From Balanoglossus misakiensis (Eukaryota > Animalia > Hemichordata), in NCBI GenBank assembly GCA_040954595.2, contig CM082587.2:2075000-2138999 (forward strand): a stretch of 64,000 nucleotides of DNA, in the 5' to 3' direction. Within the stretch, counting starts at the first letter, position 1. Every line of letters starts with the position of its first letter. The notes beneath the pieces are model-generated. The model had not been told where the DNA came from and did no database searches. It worked only from the letters and a program-made list of their open reading frames with translations. Shown piece after piece: positions 43,501 through 58,651 of this stretch. The translations under genes and the position numbers were made by a program.

Positions 43501-46500
43501 CCAGATGAAGCAGAGTGCCCCCAGGATCCAAAATGTCAAGGAACTAAAAGTGAGTGTGATCTAAGAAACTGAAGATTTCATACATGTTTTGATAAAAGAA
43601 ATTTCTTCAGAAAGAAATTGTGTATTTCCTCAGATTTCCTAAAAGTTTTTTTTTGACATACCCCACAGTCGATGCAGGAACAATATGCATTGAGAATCAC
43701 GAGGATATCACCCTAGCGCCAACCAGAGAAGAGCTTTCTTTGAAGTCTTACACAGCCAGAAGAAGGTTGAACAAACTGCGCAGGGCTGCGTGTAGGCTGT
43801 TTGAGAGTGAGCCAATCGTCATAGTTGTACAGAGGTTGGAGCAAGAGATTGAAAGTTTCCGACTGAGAGTCAGACCTGATAAACACATCAACAGAGATTA
43901 TGGTGAGTTTCATCATGTGTTACAGTATAGGTCTGGAGTGTTCAATACTGCATTTTCAATGAAATGTGCATGCTTGTATACCAAACCTACACTGTGAAGT
44001 TACTGAAACATGCTCGGCTCCCAAGTAATCATTTCTATAATGTGTCATTTTTTGTTCCATTTTTATTTTAGGAGCCAGACAACAACTTCTCAATTTGTTT
44101 TTGTCGTTCAATCCTCTGTGGCTTAGAATTGGTTTAGAGGTGAGTTAATTCAAGTTAGAAAACTATAGGAAGGTTGGAAGTTTTTTTTTACCACTTTGTA
44201 ACATCTGCTCGTTTATATCATGCATCTCAAATGTATTTACCTTGATTTCTTCGACAGACAACTTATGGAGTGACATTGAACTTGAAGAGTAACACTGATG
44301 TGCTAGGCCTGTCCAAGTTCATCGTGTCAAGGCTTTTGAACAATCCGGATATTGCCCGTGAATATGCACATCCTACTGTGCCTCATTTGTACAGAGATGG
44401 TAAGTCAGATCTATTCTCTGAAGTTTTTACTTTATACAGTCTAAGCTTTATAATTAAGCTGCGCAGTGACTTGTCTTTTGTCAACTTACTGCATCAGTTT
44501 CCTTTACAACCAAGAGAGAAGTCAACTTCTCAAGATATGATGTTTGATTTGCAGGATATGAGGAAGTGCTGGCCAGGTTCACACTCAAGAAGTTCCTGCT
44601 GTTGGTCTTCTTCCTGGACCGTTCCAAACAGACGAAGCTGATAGACCATGACCCTTGTCTCTTTTGTAAAGATGCAGAAATCAAGGTATGGTGTCAAGGA
44701 TAACTTCAAAGTAACACTCTATGTTTTTATGGCACAAATGTCAACTAGTAAAACCATTATGTATTCATTCTTCTCTTCTGTCTGCAGTCAAGCCGAGATC
44801 TGTTGCTCCATTTCTCCCGAGACTATTTGAGTGGAGAAGGTGATGTCACCCGCCATCTCAGCTATTTTGGCTACACCGTGTCACATGTACAGACACCGCT
44901 GCACGAGTTTGATTTCGCTGTGGCCAATCTGAAAGTTGACCTGCGATGTGGTCTCCGTCTCACGTGAGTGTCCAATAAGATTTTAGATTCTAGACTTTTT
45001 CTGAAATAATTGACAACATTCTAAGATAGGTTCAAGGGGATGGAAGTATTTGTTTTATGTCTACTAACTGAATTTTTTCTCTCAGGAGAATCATGGAATT
45101 GCTAACCCACAAATGGACACTGACAACCCAGCTGAGAATGCCAGCCATCAGTCGCCTGCAGAAATTGCACAACGTGGAAGTTGCCCTTGCAGCAATGAAG
45201 GAAATTGGCATTGATGTTGAAAGTAAGATTGAACCCCTCATTTGGGAACCCTTCATCCCCTCTACTAAGTAGTTCAGCGAGGATGTTTTGGTTTATTTTT
45301 TGGAAATTCCAGCGGTCTGTAACAATGAAAAGAAGACTAATTGACCAGAATTCACAGAAAATATAGGTGAATTTTAATGTATCTTCATTTCCTATCTGTC
45401 CCTTCAGGTGGTGGATTGAATCACAAAGTCATTGTTGATGGTCACAGAGAGAAAACACTGGAGTTGCTATGGAGATTGATTTTCCATTTCCAGGTAAGGC
45501 TTCACAGATTAGAGACAACCAGTAGGAATTGTATACTGTCATGCATTTTGTGTTTTTCCAGAGCTGTACATACATAAGAGATTACCAGTTGTAACTAAAG
45601 TAATTTTTTTCTCCCTTTTGAAACAGATAAATGTGAGATTGAATGGAGATAAGCTGAAAGAGGAAATTTCATTCCTGAAAAAGAATCTTGTACTGCAGAA
45701 GAAGCTGGCAGCTGTGTCTCTGCCATGTCCGTTGAAAGCAGGCAGTGATGATGAGAGAAGATGCAGTGATCCAGGCTTGTACTTCAAGAGTGCGAGACTC
45801 AGTCTGTTGTTGGAGTGGTGCCGAGCAGTTTGTGCCTACTATGACTTGAAGGTATGCCATGTTGCCTCTGAAATAGCAATGACTGGACTTCATGTATATA
45901 TGGAAAATGAGACTGATAGCTACATCATACACACATGTGACTGTCGTATAAACACAGGGGATATCTAATATAACAGCTTATATACATGTGATATTTTCAG
46001 ATTGAGAACTTCACAGTGTCATTCAGTGATGGGCGTGGTCTTTGCTATCTCATCCACCACTACCATCCATCCCTGCTGCCGTTCGATGACATCAGACAGG
46101 ACACCACCCAATCACAGCAGCAGAAAGAGGAAGAGTCTGATGGTGACTCTGATCAAAGTCTTGACAGCGTCTGGACCAAGACCTACAGTCCTTGTAAGTT
46201 ACTGTACAGTAACATTATTCACTTTTTCTGGTGCGCAGGATACATAAGTTTTAATGTTAGAGACTAAGGTTAATTTGTATATTTTCTGAATCTGTTATAA
46301 AAAAATTTTAATGGTACATTTTGTCCACAGCTACTGGCAAGCCCACAGACTATGATGTTCTTCTGTCCAATGAGAAATACAATTACAAAGTTCTGTATGA
46401 TGCTGTAGGACAACTTGGTGGTGTGCCATTTATGGTCAAGTCAGCCGACATGTCCAATACCATCCCCAATGAGAAGGTAATGTCACAGGCAATGTTTTAA

Positions 46501-49500
46501 TATGACACAAATTTGCATAGATTTTACACAAAATTACTTCAGTGAAGTGAATAAGACATGCATAATATCATCAGTCCGTATGCTTTGCTAACATTATTTA
46601 CTGATGTCTGTTCTGAAGGTACTCATCACCTACCTGTCCTACTTGTGTGAGCGTATGCTTGATCTCCGGGAAGAGACCAGAGCTGCCAGAGTGATTCAAG
46701 CAGCATGGAGGAAACATAAACTTCGCAGAGAGATCCAAAAACACCAGGAGAGGATCGAAGCTGCCACGAAGATCCAAATCAAGGTCAGAGAATTCTTGAA
46801 GAGAAGGCATGAAGAGAGAATGCAGGACGCCATTGTCAAAGCCCAGGCTCTCTGGCGCGGCAAACTGGCAAGAAGAGAGGCCGGGAAATTGAGGCAGAAG
46901 CAGTTGGAAGTAAGACAGGAACAGTGTGCTGTTGTCATTCAGGTAGGTGGTGGTCATTATCCTCGTATGACCTGTTATTGCTTTGGTAGAAAATAAAAAT
47001 ATACAATTTTATTCCATGTTGGGCTGGTCAGTATGCTAAAATGAAAGATGTACCTTTGTTTTCAGGCTCATGTAAGGGGATACCTTGCAAAGAGGTATGT
47101 CATGAATCAAAAGAAGTCTGTTGTCAAAATACAAGCAGTGGTTCGTGGCCACCTGGTCCGTAAGCATCTCTACAGAGTGCAGGCAGCAGTTTTCACCATT
47201 GAGAATTTCTACTATGCCTACAAACTGGGACAGGACACACGAGAGGTGTACAGAACCCTGAAAGAAGCCACTATCAAGATACAGAGTGTATTTAGAGGAT
47301 TGATGGCCAGGAGAGAAGTCAGAAGGGAAGTGGCCGCCCGTCTCCTACAGGCTCACTGGAGAGGTACATGTCAGAGACAACGTTTCTTGGCATTGAAGGG
47401 TGCCGTCGTGAAGATGCAGGCTCTTGTTAAGGCTAAACAAGCCAAGATAGTGTTTGACAAGACAAGGGCTGCTGCTGTCGTCATTCAGCAGCACTACAGA
47501 GCAGCCATGATTGGCCAACAAGTGCAGCAGCAATACCACCTGCAGAGGCATGCCTGTATTACCATACAGGCCCACTACCGAGGGCACTGTGCGAGGATGA
47601 TCGCCAAGAAGCACAGAGCTGCGAAAACGATCCAGACAAATTTCCGGATGTACGTTGCCAAGAGAGACTTCCTGAAGATGAAAGCAGCAACGGTAGTGTT
47701 GCAGACATCATTCAGAAGATACCAAGCCCAGAAGAAGTACCTGAGACTCAGAGGTGCTGCTGTCACCATCCAGCAGAAAGTCAAGGCAACTCTTGTCGCA
47801 AGACATCAAAGGAGAGATTATCTCACATTAAAGGCCACAGCTGTCCTGGCACAGTCTCTGTATAGGGCAAGACTCACTAGAAAACTGGTTGAGAGGATCA
47901 GAGCAGCAATCGCCATTCAAGCAGCCTTCAGAGGTTTCAGAGCTCACAAAGAGTACAAGCAAGTAAAGAATGCTGTCATCACTTTGCAAACTTCGGTCAG
48001 GAGAATGCAAGCCATGAAATGTTACAAAGCTACCAAGGAGGCTGCTGTCTTGATTCAAAGGTATTATAGGGCACACCTGTTGAGAAATGATGCTGTCAGG
48101 AGGTACCAGTGTATGCGGTCATCAGCCATAAAAGTACAGTCAACCTTCAGAATGTACAAAACAAGAGAAGAGTACACAAAGAGCAGACGTGTCATCATCA
48201 GACTGCAAGCTGCAGTGAAAGCCAAGCTGGCGCAGAAACGGTACCAAGAAATGAGAGTAGCTGCTAAGAAAATCCAGATGAGATTTAGGGAAACACTGGC
48301 AGCACAGCAGTGCAGACAAGGCTTTCTGCGGCTCAAAGGGACGGTCATTCTGGCTCAGAGTCTCCACAGAGGACGTCAGGCCAGAAAACTTTTCAAGAGA
48401 ATCAAAGCAGCAGTGAAAGTACAGGCTGTGTACAGAGGATACTTGGCATTCAAGGAGTACCACTTGATGAAGAAGTCTGCCGTTGTTATTCAGAAAAATG
48501 CGAGAAGTCTGCAAGCTGTGAAGAAATACCAAGAAACCAGAAGTGCTGTGATTACAATCCAGAGGTGCTACAAGGCTCATGTCATGAGGGACATTGCGAT
48601 GCAGAGATACAAAGAAATGAAGGTCGCTGCTGTGATGATCCAATCTGGCTTCCGTGGACACAGAGAGAGGAAGAGATTCACACAACAGAAGAATGCAGCC
48701 ATCAAGATTCAAGCCTTATTCAGGAAGAATCAGGCTCAACAGAGATACCTGAGACTGAGAAAGGCAACTTTGGTGCTCCAGATCCGTTTCAGGGCTCATC
48801 TAATTCAGCAGAAGACCCAGAAGGACTACCAAGAGTTCAGAAACGCCCTTATTACTATCCAATCATTTTACCGAGGGCATGTTGCCAGGCAACTAGCCAA
48901 GCAGCACAGAGCAGCAAGACTCATCCAAAGCATCTACAGAATGCACGTTGCAAGAACAGCGTACCTAAAATTGAGAAATGCCACAGTCAAGATCCAGGCT
49001 GCTATCAAATGTCACCAAGCAAGGACACAGTATCTGAAGATGAAGAAAGCTGCAGTTGTCATTCAGGACCGATACAGAGCCAATGTTCTTTGCAAGAACC
49101 AACTCAGAGACTATCAGAAGCTAAAGGGTACTGTAATCCTGGCACAGACTTTGTACAGAGGAAGACTAGCCAGAAAGAGAGTACAAAAGATGCGAGCTGC
49201 CATTAAGATACAGGCTGCTTTCAAAGGATATAGACAGATGAAGAAGTATCTGAGAGCCAGGGATGCAGCAATCAAAATCCAGGCTGCAGTTCGATGTCAC
49301 CAAGCAAGAACCAAGTATCTGAAGATGAAGGAAGCTGCTGTCATTATCCAGAGAAGGTATAGAGCCACAGTCCTTTGCAAGAACCAACACAAAAACTTCT
49401 TGAAATTGAAAGGTACTGTTATACTAGCGCAGTCGTTGTACAGAGGAAGATTGGCCAGAAAGAGAGTGGAGAAGATAAGAGCTGCTGTTAAGATACAGGC

Positions 49501-52500
49501 TGCTTTCAGAGGATACAGACAGAAGAAGACATATCTGCGAACCAGGGATGCCGCAGTTAAGATTCAGAGCAGCTGGAGAAGATACAAGGCTCGTCTGAAT
49601 TTTCAGAATTTGAAGAAATCTGCAGTTGTCATTCAGGGCTACTTCAGGGCGCATCTGTTGAGAAATAAGTGCCAGCAAGAATTCCAGTCAACAAAGAAAG
49701 CTGTCATAACTCTCCAGTCAGTTTACAGAGGTTATGTTGCAAGACAACTGGCCAAGAAGCACAGAGCAGCAAGACTGATCCAAAGCATCTACAGAATGCA
49801 TGTTGCAAGAAGAGAATACCTAAAATTGAGAGTTGCTGCAGTCAAGATCCAGGCTGTTGTTAGATGTCACCAAGCAAGAACCAGCTATCTGAAGATGAAG
49901 GAAGCTGTGGTAAATATCCAAAGATGGTATAGAGCCACTGTCCTTTGCAAGAACCAACAGAAAGACTTCTTGAAATTGAAAGGTACAGTTATACTTGCGC
50001 AGTCGTTGTACAGAGGAAGATTGGCCAGAAAGAGAGTGGAGAAGATAAGAGCTGCTGTTAAGATACAGGCTGTCTTCAGAGGATACATCCAGAAGAAGAA
50101 GTATCTGAGAACCAGAGATGCTGCCATCAAGATACAGACTGTGTTTAGAAGAAATAGAGCTGTTGAGAACTACAGACGTGTGAAAGAATCAACAGAAATT
50201 ATTCAAAGCTATTTCAGAGCACACCAGCTTAGAAAGTACCACCAGAGAGAATACCAAGCCATGAAGACTGCGTCAATCAAGATCCAGGCTTTTTACAGAA
50301 GACACCAAGCAAGAGTGGCTTACCTAGCAACCAGAGCGGCAGTTGTTAAGATTCAGGCTTCAGTCAAGGGTAAACTTGCCCAAAGGAGGTATCAGATGTT
50401 GAAGTTGGCCACCATAAGCATTCAGAGGCAGTACAGAGCACAGCAGTTGTATAAGAAAGAGCATAGGGCTTATCAGGAAATAAAGAAGGCCTGTGTAACT
50501 GTCCAGGCAGTGTATAGAGGATACCAGGGCAGGAAGCTTTCACAGAAACACAGAGCTGCAAGGAAGATCCAAGCCACTTACAGGATGTGCAGAGAGAAGC
50601 AGAACTATCAAAATCTGAGATCATCGACTATACTGTTGCAGTCTGTTGTGCGGAGACACCAGCAAAGAAAGCAGTATCTTGAGATTAAAAAGTCAGCAGT
50701 GGTCATCCAGAAGAAACTGCAAGCCACCATTAAAGCCAGGCAACAGAGGAGAGCCTTCCTGAGATTGAAAGGCATGACCATCTTGGCACAGAGTCTGTTT
50801 AGGGGACATCTTGCCAGACGACATGTCGCAAGGATACGAGCTGCGCAGAAGATCCAGTCAGTGTACCGAGGGTACGTTGCACGCTGCAAATACCATAAGT
50901 TGAAGAAATCTGCTGTCATCATTCAGAGTAACGTGAGAAGATGCCAGGCTGTGCACCAGTTTAGAAGATTGAAGAATGCCACTGTCGTTATTCAGACTCG
51001 CTACAGAGCATGTGTTCTGAGGGACCAGGATGTGGCCAAGTATCAGATGACCAAAAAATCCGTCATTACAGCTCAAGCAGTGTGGAGAGGTTACAAAGAA
51101 AGAAAAGCCTATCAGAGTTTGAGAAGAGCAACAGTGAAAATGCAGGCTATTGTCAGAGCACTTCAGGCACAGAAACAATACCAAGAGTTGAAACATGCAG
51201 TCTGCACCATTCAGAATAGATGGAGAGACACATTGGCTGCAAAGAAGCAGAGACGAGAGTTCCTGAAGCTCAAAGGCACTGTCATCCTTGCTCAGAGTCT
51301 CCAGAGAGGAAGAGTGGCCAGGAAACATGTCGCAAAGATTAGAGCTGCGATTAGAATCCAAACTACATATCGGAGGTATAACGCTTCAAAGAAATACCAG
51401 CAACAGAGACAGGCAGCCATATTGATCCAGAGTTGCACCAGAATGTGGCAAGAGAGACGTAGGTATCAAAATCTGAAGAAGTCGACCATTGTAGTTCAAG
51501 AACGTTACAGAGCCCAGCTGATGAAAAGGAGAGAGGTTTTCAAGTATCAGTCTATGAAGAAAGCTGCAGTGACGATACAGGCTTACTACAGAGGATACAA
51601 GGATAAGAAGGTATACAAAGAGCTTAGAGGGGCGACTATCCATCTCCAGGCACATGTGAGGAAGATCCAAGCTCAGAAGAGATACCATGAATTGAAATCA
51701 GCAGCAGTAGTTTTGCAGCGGCGTTACCATGCCCATATGTTGTATCAGAAGGACAGACAGCACTACATTGAGCTCAAGCAAGCCGCAGTGATCATACAGT
51801 CTTACTTCAGAGGGTGCCAAGCAAGGAGACAAGTCAAGATAGAGAAAGCAGCCATACTGGTGACATCTGTGATGAAAATGTACGTTGCCAGGAAAGTGTT
51901 CATGAAGCAGAAGACTGCTGCTGTTCAGATTCAAGCTTTTGTCAGAGGCTACCAGACACGGCAGCAGTTTCTGAAAGTGAAGTCTGCCGCTGTTACGATT
52001 CAGCAAAGAGCGAGAGCTATGTTTGCTGCGCGCAAGGGCAGAGAAGACTTTTTGGAGCTGAAGAACGCTGCTGTAGTTCTGCAGAGCGTGTACAGAGGGC
52101 AGCTTGCCAGACAGAGGGTTAAGGAAATCAGAGCTGCCATCACCATCCAGAAAGTTTACCGAGGTCACGTTGCGCTGAAGAAGTATCAGAAAACCAAACA
52201 GGCTGCCATTTTGATTCAGGCTTCTGTTAGGAAGTACCTGGCTTGCAGAAGAGAGAGGAGAGAACAACTGCTGAGATTTGCTGCTGCAGTTTATCACCAT
52301 CTTAGTGCCACAAGAATTCAAAGATTCTACCGCAAGGTCAAGGCACTGCAGCTAGCCAAGCAGAGATTGCAGTCTGTCATTACCATCCAGGTAAATCATA
52401 CAAAAGTTATTTGCTTTATTACGTTGGTCCCCCCCCCCCCCCCCCATAAACACAGATGTGTGGGTGACAAAGTTTATTATAGCCAATCACCTAAAACAAG

Positions 52501-54114
52501 AATCTCTTGTATTTTTCACTTGTTATCAAATGTCGCATTGAATGCATCAGACATCCAAACTTTTGAAAGAACACTACCATAATATGATGAAGTGTACAAT
52601 ACTGTTTTCTCATCCCATGTTGATGTCTCTTACTCACAGAGATGGATGCGAGCCAAGCTGGAGTTCCTTCATTTCAAGAAGATGCGTCATGGCATCACAC
52701 TGCTGCAAAGAGCCGTCAGACATAGGCAAGAGAAGCGCCACCATGCAGCAACTAAAATCCAAGCCTTGGTGAGATCCTATCTTGCAGCAGCTGAGGCAGA
52801 GAAGAAAAAGAAGGCTATTGTGACATTCCAGGTTAGTTCTTTTAGGATAGAAATTAAAAGAAAGGGTCATTTACAATGTATGTTAATTTTTATTCATGCA
52901 GGAACTGGCACCCATATAATGTCTCATTGTTTTTTTTACACAGTCTGTATGGAGAGGACGTTCGCTGAGAAAGTCTTTTAAAAGTAAGAAACTGAGGATG
53001 ATAAGAAGTCGTCTTGAAGAAGCCAACAAGAATGCCACTGAGGAGAAGAAACTGTGCAACAGAACCACCACGGCACTTGATTATCTCCTGGATTGTAAAA
53101 CAATGTCCAATCTCTTGACAGCTCTGGAAGATTTAGGTAAGATACTAACATTTTTTTTTCAGACTGAAATATTTGTCACTTTGGATCTCTCTGGCCTGTC
53201 TTATTGAAGATAAATTGAGGTTCTTTTTGTGTGTGTTTATTTTGACAGAAATCACCACCAAACTATCACCAGCATGCTGCAAGAGAATCGTGGCCAACAA
53301 TGCAGTTCACGTCATCTATAACCTCATCAAGGGTTGCAATCGCAGTCTACCGCACATGCAAGCCATTGGATTCTGTATCAGTATTCTGCTAAACCTTGCA
53401 AAGGTGAGACATATCATACCATCTTGTCATAACTTACCACAAGCCACAAACATGTGTTCACATAGATTGACCAGAATCTAACTGACTCAATACTTTTCTG
53501 TTCTTATCAGTATGAAGAGACTGTTGATGCTGTCTACGAGGTACCAGGGTCCATATCGATCATTGTAGACTTGATGTCCATCTACCGAGACAAGGGTTGT
53601 CTTATATTCCCAAAGTCTTGCACTTTGATGGTTGCATTTTCTCAGAGCAGGAGGAGAGCTGAGGTATTGTTCTTTTTTTCAAGTCAGAGAAAATGAAATC
53701 TCCAAGTTTCCATCACCATGGGATATTTCACTGGTATTGAAAGAACAACCCATCTGTATTTTTCACATCACATCTTGATGAAACACAAACAGTATCATCA
53801 TATTTCACACTGTCTTTTTCCAGGAAATTGTGCACACCCCAAAGATTGCTGACAAACTTCAAAGTATCCATGCGCTGTGTGCTAGAAAACGCAAGATGAA
53901 TATCCAGAGAGCGGCCATCAAGAACAAAAGTTTAAACGTATCCAGCTTTTCTGCTAGTCTGCTTTCTTCTTCTTCCATAATGGCCACGCCCTCAAAGCGA
54001 GGGCCTGGAATCCGACCAGACTGGGTTCTCCGGCAAGACAAGATGACAGATCTGGATGAACCATTGCACGCCATTGAGACAGTCTTGAAAGTTTTGAAGT
54101 TGAAGAGAAAGTAA
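40546..54114 (+). CDS. ASPM: Abnormal spindle-like microcephaly-associated protein (ASH domain, CH domains, about 80 IQ motifs, HEAT/ARM-like C-terminus)
   Basis: About 20 exons, including 40546-41019, 41165-43259, 43391-43549, 46619-46941, the giant IQ exon 47066-52390, and the last exon 53824-54114. Motifs [94 protein letters not shown]. Confidence 0.97.
47066..52390 (+). repeat. IQ-repeat array of ASPM with higher-order 95-aa (285-nt) and roughly 73-aa blocks
   Basis: tgcaagaacc..LKGTVILAQ recurs at 49091, 49376 and 49946 (offsets 285 and 570 nt). agcacagagcagcaagact recurs at 48903 and 49758 (offset 855 nt). Confidence 0.92.
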
Positions 54115-56050
54115 ACTTAGTTACAATTGGTTGCTGAAGTGAATTTTGTCTAACAGTAGAGCATTCTTGAGCCACAGTCTAGGCTGTAACCTTTTAAAAT
54201 GTCATTGGATTTTTCTAGACTGAACATCAATTTCACAGCTAAGAATTCAATTGATGGGGTTTTAATTACCCCTTTGTCAGTGAATCATTATTGTCTTTTG
54301 AAAAAAAAAATTCTGGATTCCCTCTTCAACTTTTCGATTTGTATAATTAGTTTTAAGGAGTACTTAATAATTAAGCATCTTTCAAAATTTCTGCGAGTGT
54401 TGATTACATGATCTTTTCTGTCCTCTACAATTGTAAATAAGACACACTCCACATCAACCATTCTTTTTTTATGATTGAATACAAAATTATATTTAATATG
54501 TAGTTTTATGGTATAGTTATAGTTTAGAATTATTTTTTGTAATTAGAGAATTATATAATGTAATTTGTACTAATGTTATTTTGTTTGAATGCGAGTAGGT
54601 GTAATGTACCCTTTCTTTGCCCTTTATAGGTGTTGGTTGAAATCACAATGTTTTCATGTCTGAGTTTGCCATTTGAGCTGTATGCATTGAAAGCATCCTG
54701 TGTACTGTTTTGTTACTCTTAATGTTTTTGAATGAGTTTGTGACAATTTATGAGTAAATTTTACAATAAAATTTTGTATATTCTGCAAGCCCCAGATTTT
54801 GTAAATTACATGTGGCTGAAATGAACACCCCCCTGCCCCCCCCCCCCCATGACGGAGTGCGCCACCAACGACTGATCACCATCCGTGGAAAACCAGTTAA
54901 GGAAATCCCGCAGAAAGGCTCCGCCATATTGGATACTTAGAGGGTCATCGTCATTTGTAAATAAAACAGGTAAGCTGAAAATTTTAGCGCTGAGGCAGTT
55001 AATGTCGGTAACTGTTTGTTGAGTGATAACGTTAGGATAAATTCAGACATTTTAAAATCTATCTGGACCGTTTCAAATGACAGTTTCAGGAACCATCAAC
55101 AGAACAACTGGTCACTTTTGAGAGCATTCGTTCTACGCCTTGACCCCCATTCATCCGGAAGAAGTCATGTGACAAGAAATCGACAGAGAGAATTACTGTA
55201 ACTGACCAGTATATGTAATCAAACAATTCTGTTGAAATTCGACTGTCATATAAGATGTTAATAGCAAGAGTCGTCGCCGGGTTTCGATTTTACCAAACTG
55301 TCGAAATATTGAAATAGACACTGGTGACGTTTCAATATTCGCCGGGTGTGTTCCATACAGTGTGACCCTCCCACGAGCACTTCGATCAGTCTTGTGTTGA
55401 GAATTTCGTTATTTTTTCTTTGAAAGAGAAACATTTGAATTTATACCCAATGTGTCATTTCGTTGTTTAAGTGAAGTGACAGGTTACAAAGTTGTGATCG
55501 TGGACTTGGACCAAACGCTATTTCCTGATTCGCATTATTTCAATGACATCATCGCTCTAATAGGGGGCGGGGTAATACTCCAAACATTAACTGAGTACAG
55601 TTTAACCCCATGCATTGCCTAGAGAAACACTGTACTTCTCACTGTTTGATTTCAGCTTATCCATATCGTTTTCAAATGAATAGATGTCCAGAAAACTCTC
55701 AGATGTTACCTGTGAAGTTAATAGATTTCTGTCTTCCTGACTACCGTTAATAATTTTAAAACACATTGTGTATTATATTGTTGATATGACTACTGAACTA
55801 TTCACATGAATGGGATTGTATGTCCTGCCACACAAGGCTGTGTCAGACAGCAGAGGCGTTTCCAGAAGGGAGACACATGAATCGGAAATGTGATGGAGAT
55901 TGGTGTATGACAGTCAGACATACAGCAAGAAACAAAAAGGGATTCATAACATTTTTGTGATTGTTATTCAGATTGTAATTGGCATGTGAATGAATTTGTA
56001 TTATAATGACATGTTGTATGTCGACAGCTTGTCTGTGTGGTGTGATATGA

Positions 56051-57493
<1,443 letters not shown>

Positions 57494-58562
57494 CACTGTC
57501 TTAGGTAGTCCACAAACACATAGAAGACCCCCCTTAGTCTGTAGATACGGACCAAATTATGCAAACCAGTACACTTTTCCATTTGTCCATTATCTGATAT
57601 AGACCCAGTTTGCTTCTTCTTCAATTTAGTGGCTTTGTCTTTTCTGGGAAACTGTACCTCCAGAACAGGGTTGGATGAGGGCTCGTGTTTAATGTATAAT
57701 ATGTAATTTTCAACTTTTTTTTTGATATTCCGTAGTGTTGTCATTTTCTGTTAAAGCATAAATTTACATCACTAAACAGATGCATTTGTCTAGAAATTCA
57801 CAATTTAGTGCTGCGTGGTTTTTGGTTCAGACAAGGTGTGGAATGAGGTGCATACTTCATCGATTCCACAAGAAGTGGGAGGATATCTTTCGCCAACGTA
57901 TGACTGAAACTAAGAGTCATTGGGGAGAAAGATATATTTTATAAGTAAAACTGTCATGCAGAAATGAAATGGAAACATGGTATTACGTTTTAAATTGTAG
58001 GTTTTGAATTACAATGATTGACCTGATAAAAGTGACTCTCTGTCTGTTACTTGTAATATGGTGATCGCTATCAGAGGTGATCTTTGACCTTTCTTTCAAA
58101 GGACTACATAGGTGCTCAATGCTTGGTAGATTTTGTCCAGAGAAAAAAAGAACATACCCAACATATATGACACCAGTTATGCAGAAGGACATAAAATTTT
58201 GATAGTACCTGGTATGTTCATTTTATTTTTTTCACCTGAAGTGTAGTCACTATTCATAGTTGACCCCATGGGTCCCTAGCTATAAACCAATGATAAATTA
58301 TATCTTGTGCAATACACATTTCTGTGACAGACATTTCATAAATAGTTTGTTGGGTATTGCGACCATGGTTGTCAAATTGTTTTGTGTCCTGCAAAATTTG
58401 GGAAGTTAGACATCAAGCTGTTGCAAAGCAAAATCATTTTAACACAAACTAAAGTTAACTTTTGGTGTTTTTAAAATCCTCCCAGCATTTGCATGCTCCA
58501 GGACAACAAGACAGGAAATTTAAACTCTGTTTCTATTACTTAGTATCCACTCTGGCATGGGC

Positions 58563-58651
58563 TTAACCCTTTCACCACCATGATCCAGTCCAAACTCATT
58601 GTTTTCTATGGTAAGGTTGGACCTCTAAAGAGGGAACTGGGGGTGAAAGGG
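58563..58651. mobile_element. Short TTAA-flanked MITE-like element
   Basis: TTAA-CCCTTTCACCACCA ... TGGGGGTGAAAGGG. The terminal inverted repeat begins CCCT, as in piggyBac-type MITEs. The right-hand TTAA is not intact. Confidence 0.45.

Noticed and set aside
47345-52321. Many antisense and alternate-frame ORFs, up to 298 aa, over the ASPM IQ exon
   Set aside because: Shadow ORFs expected from the repetitive, biased codon content of the IQ array.
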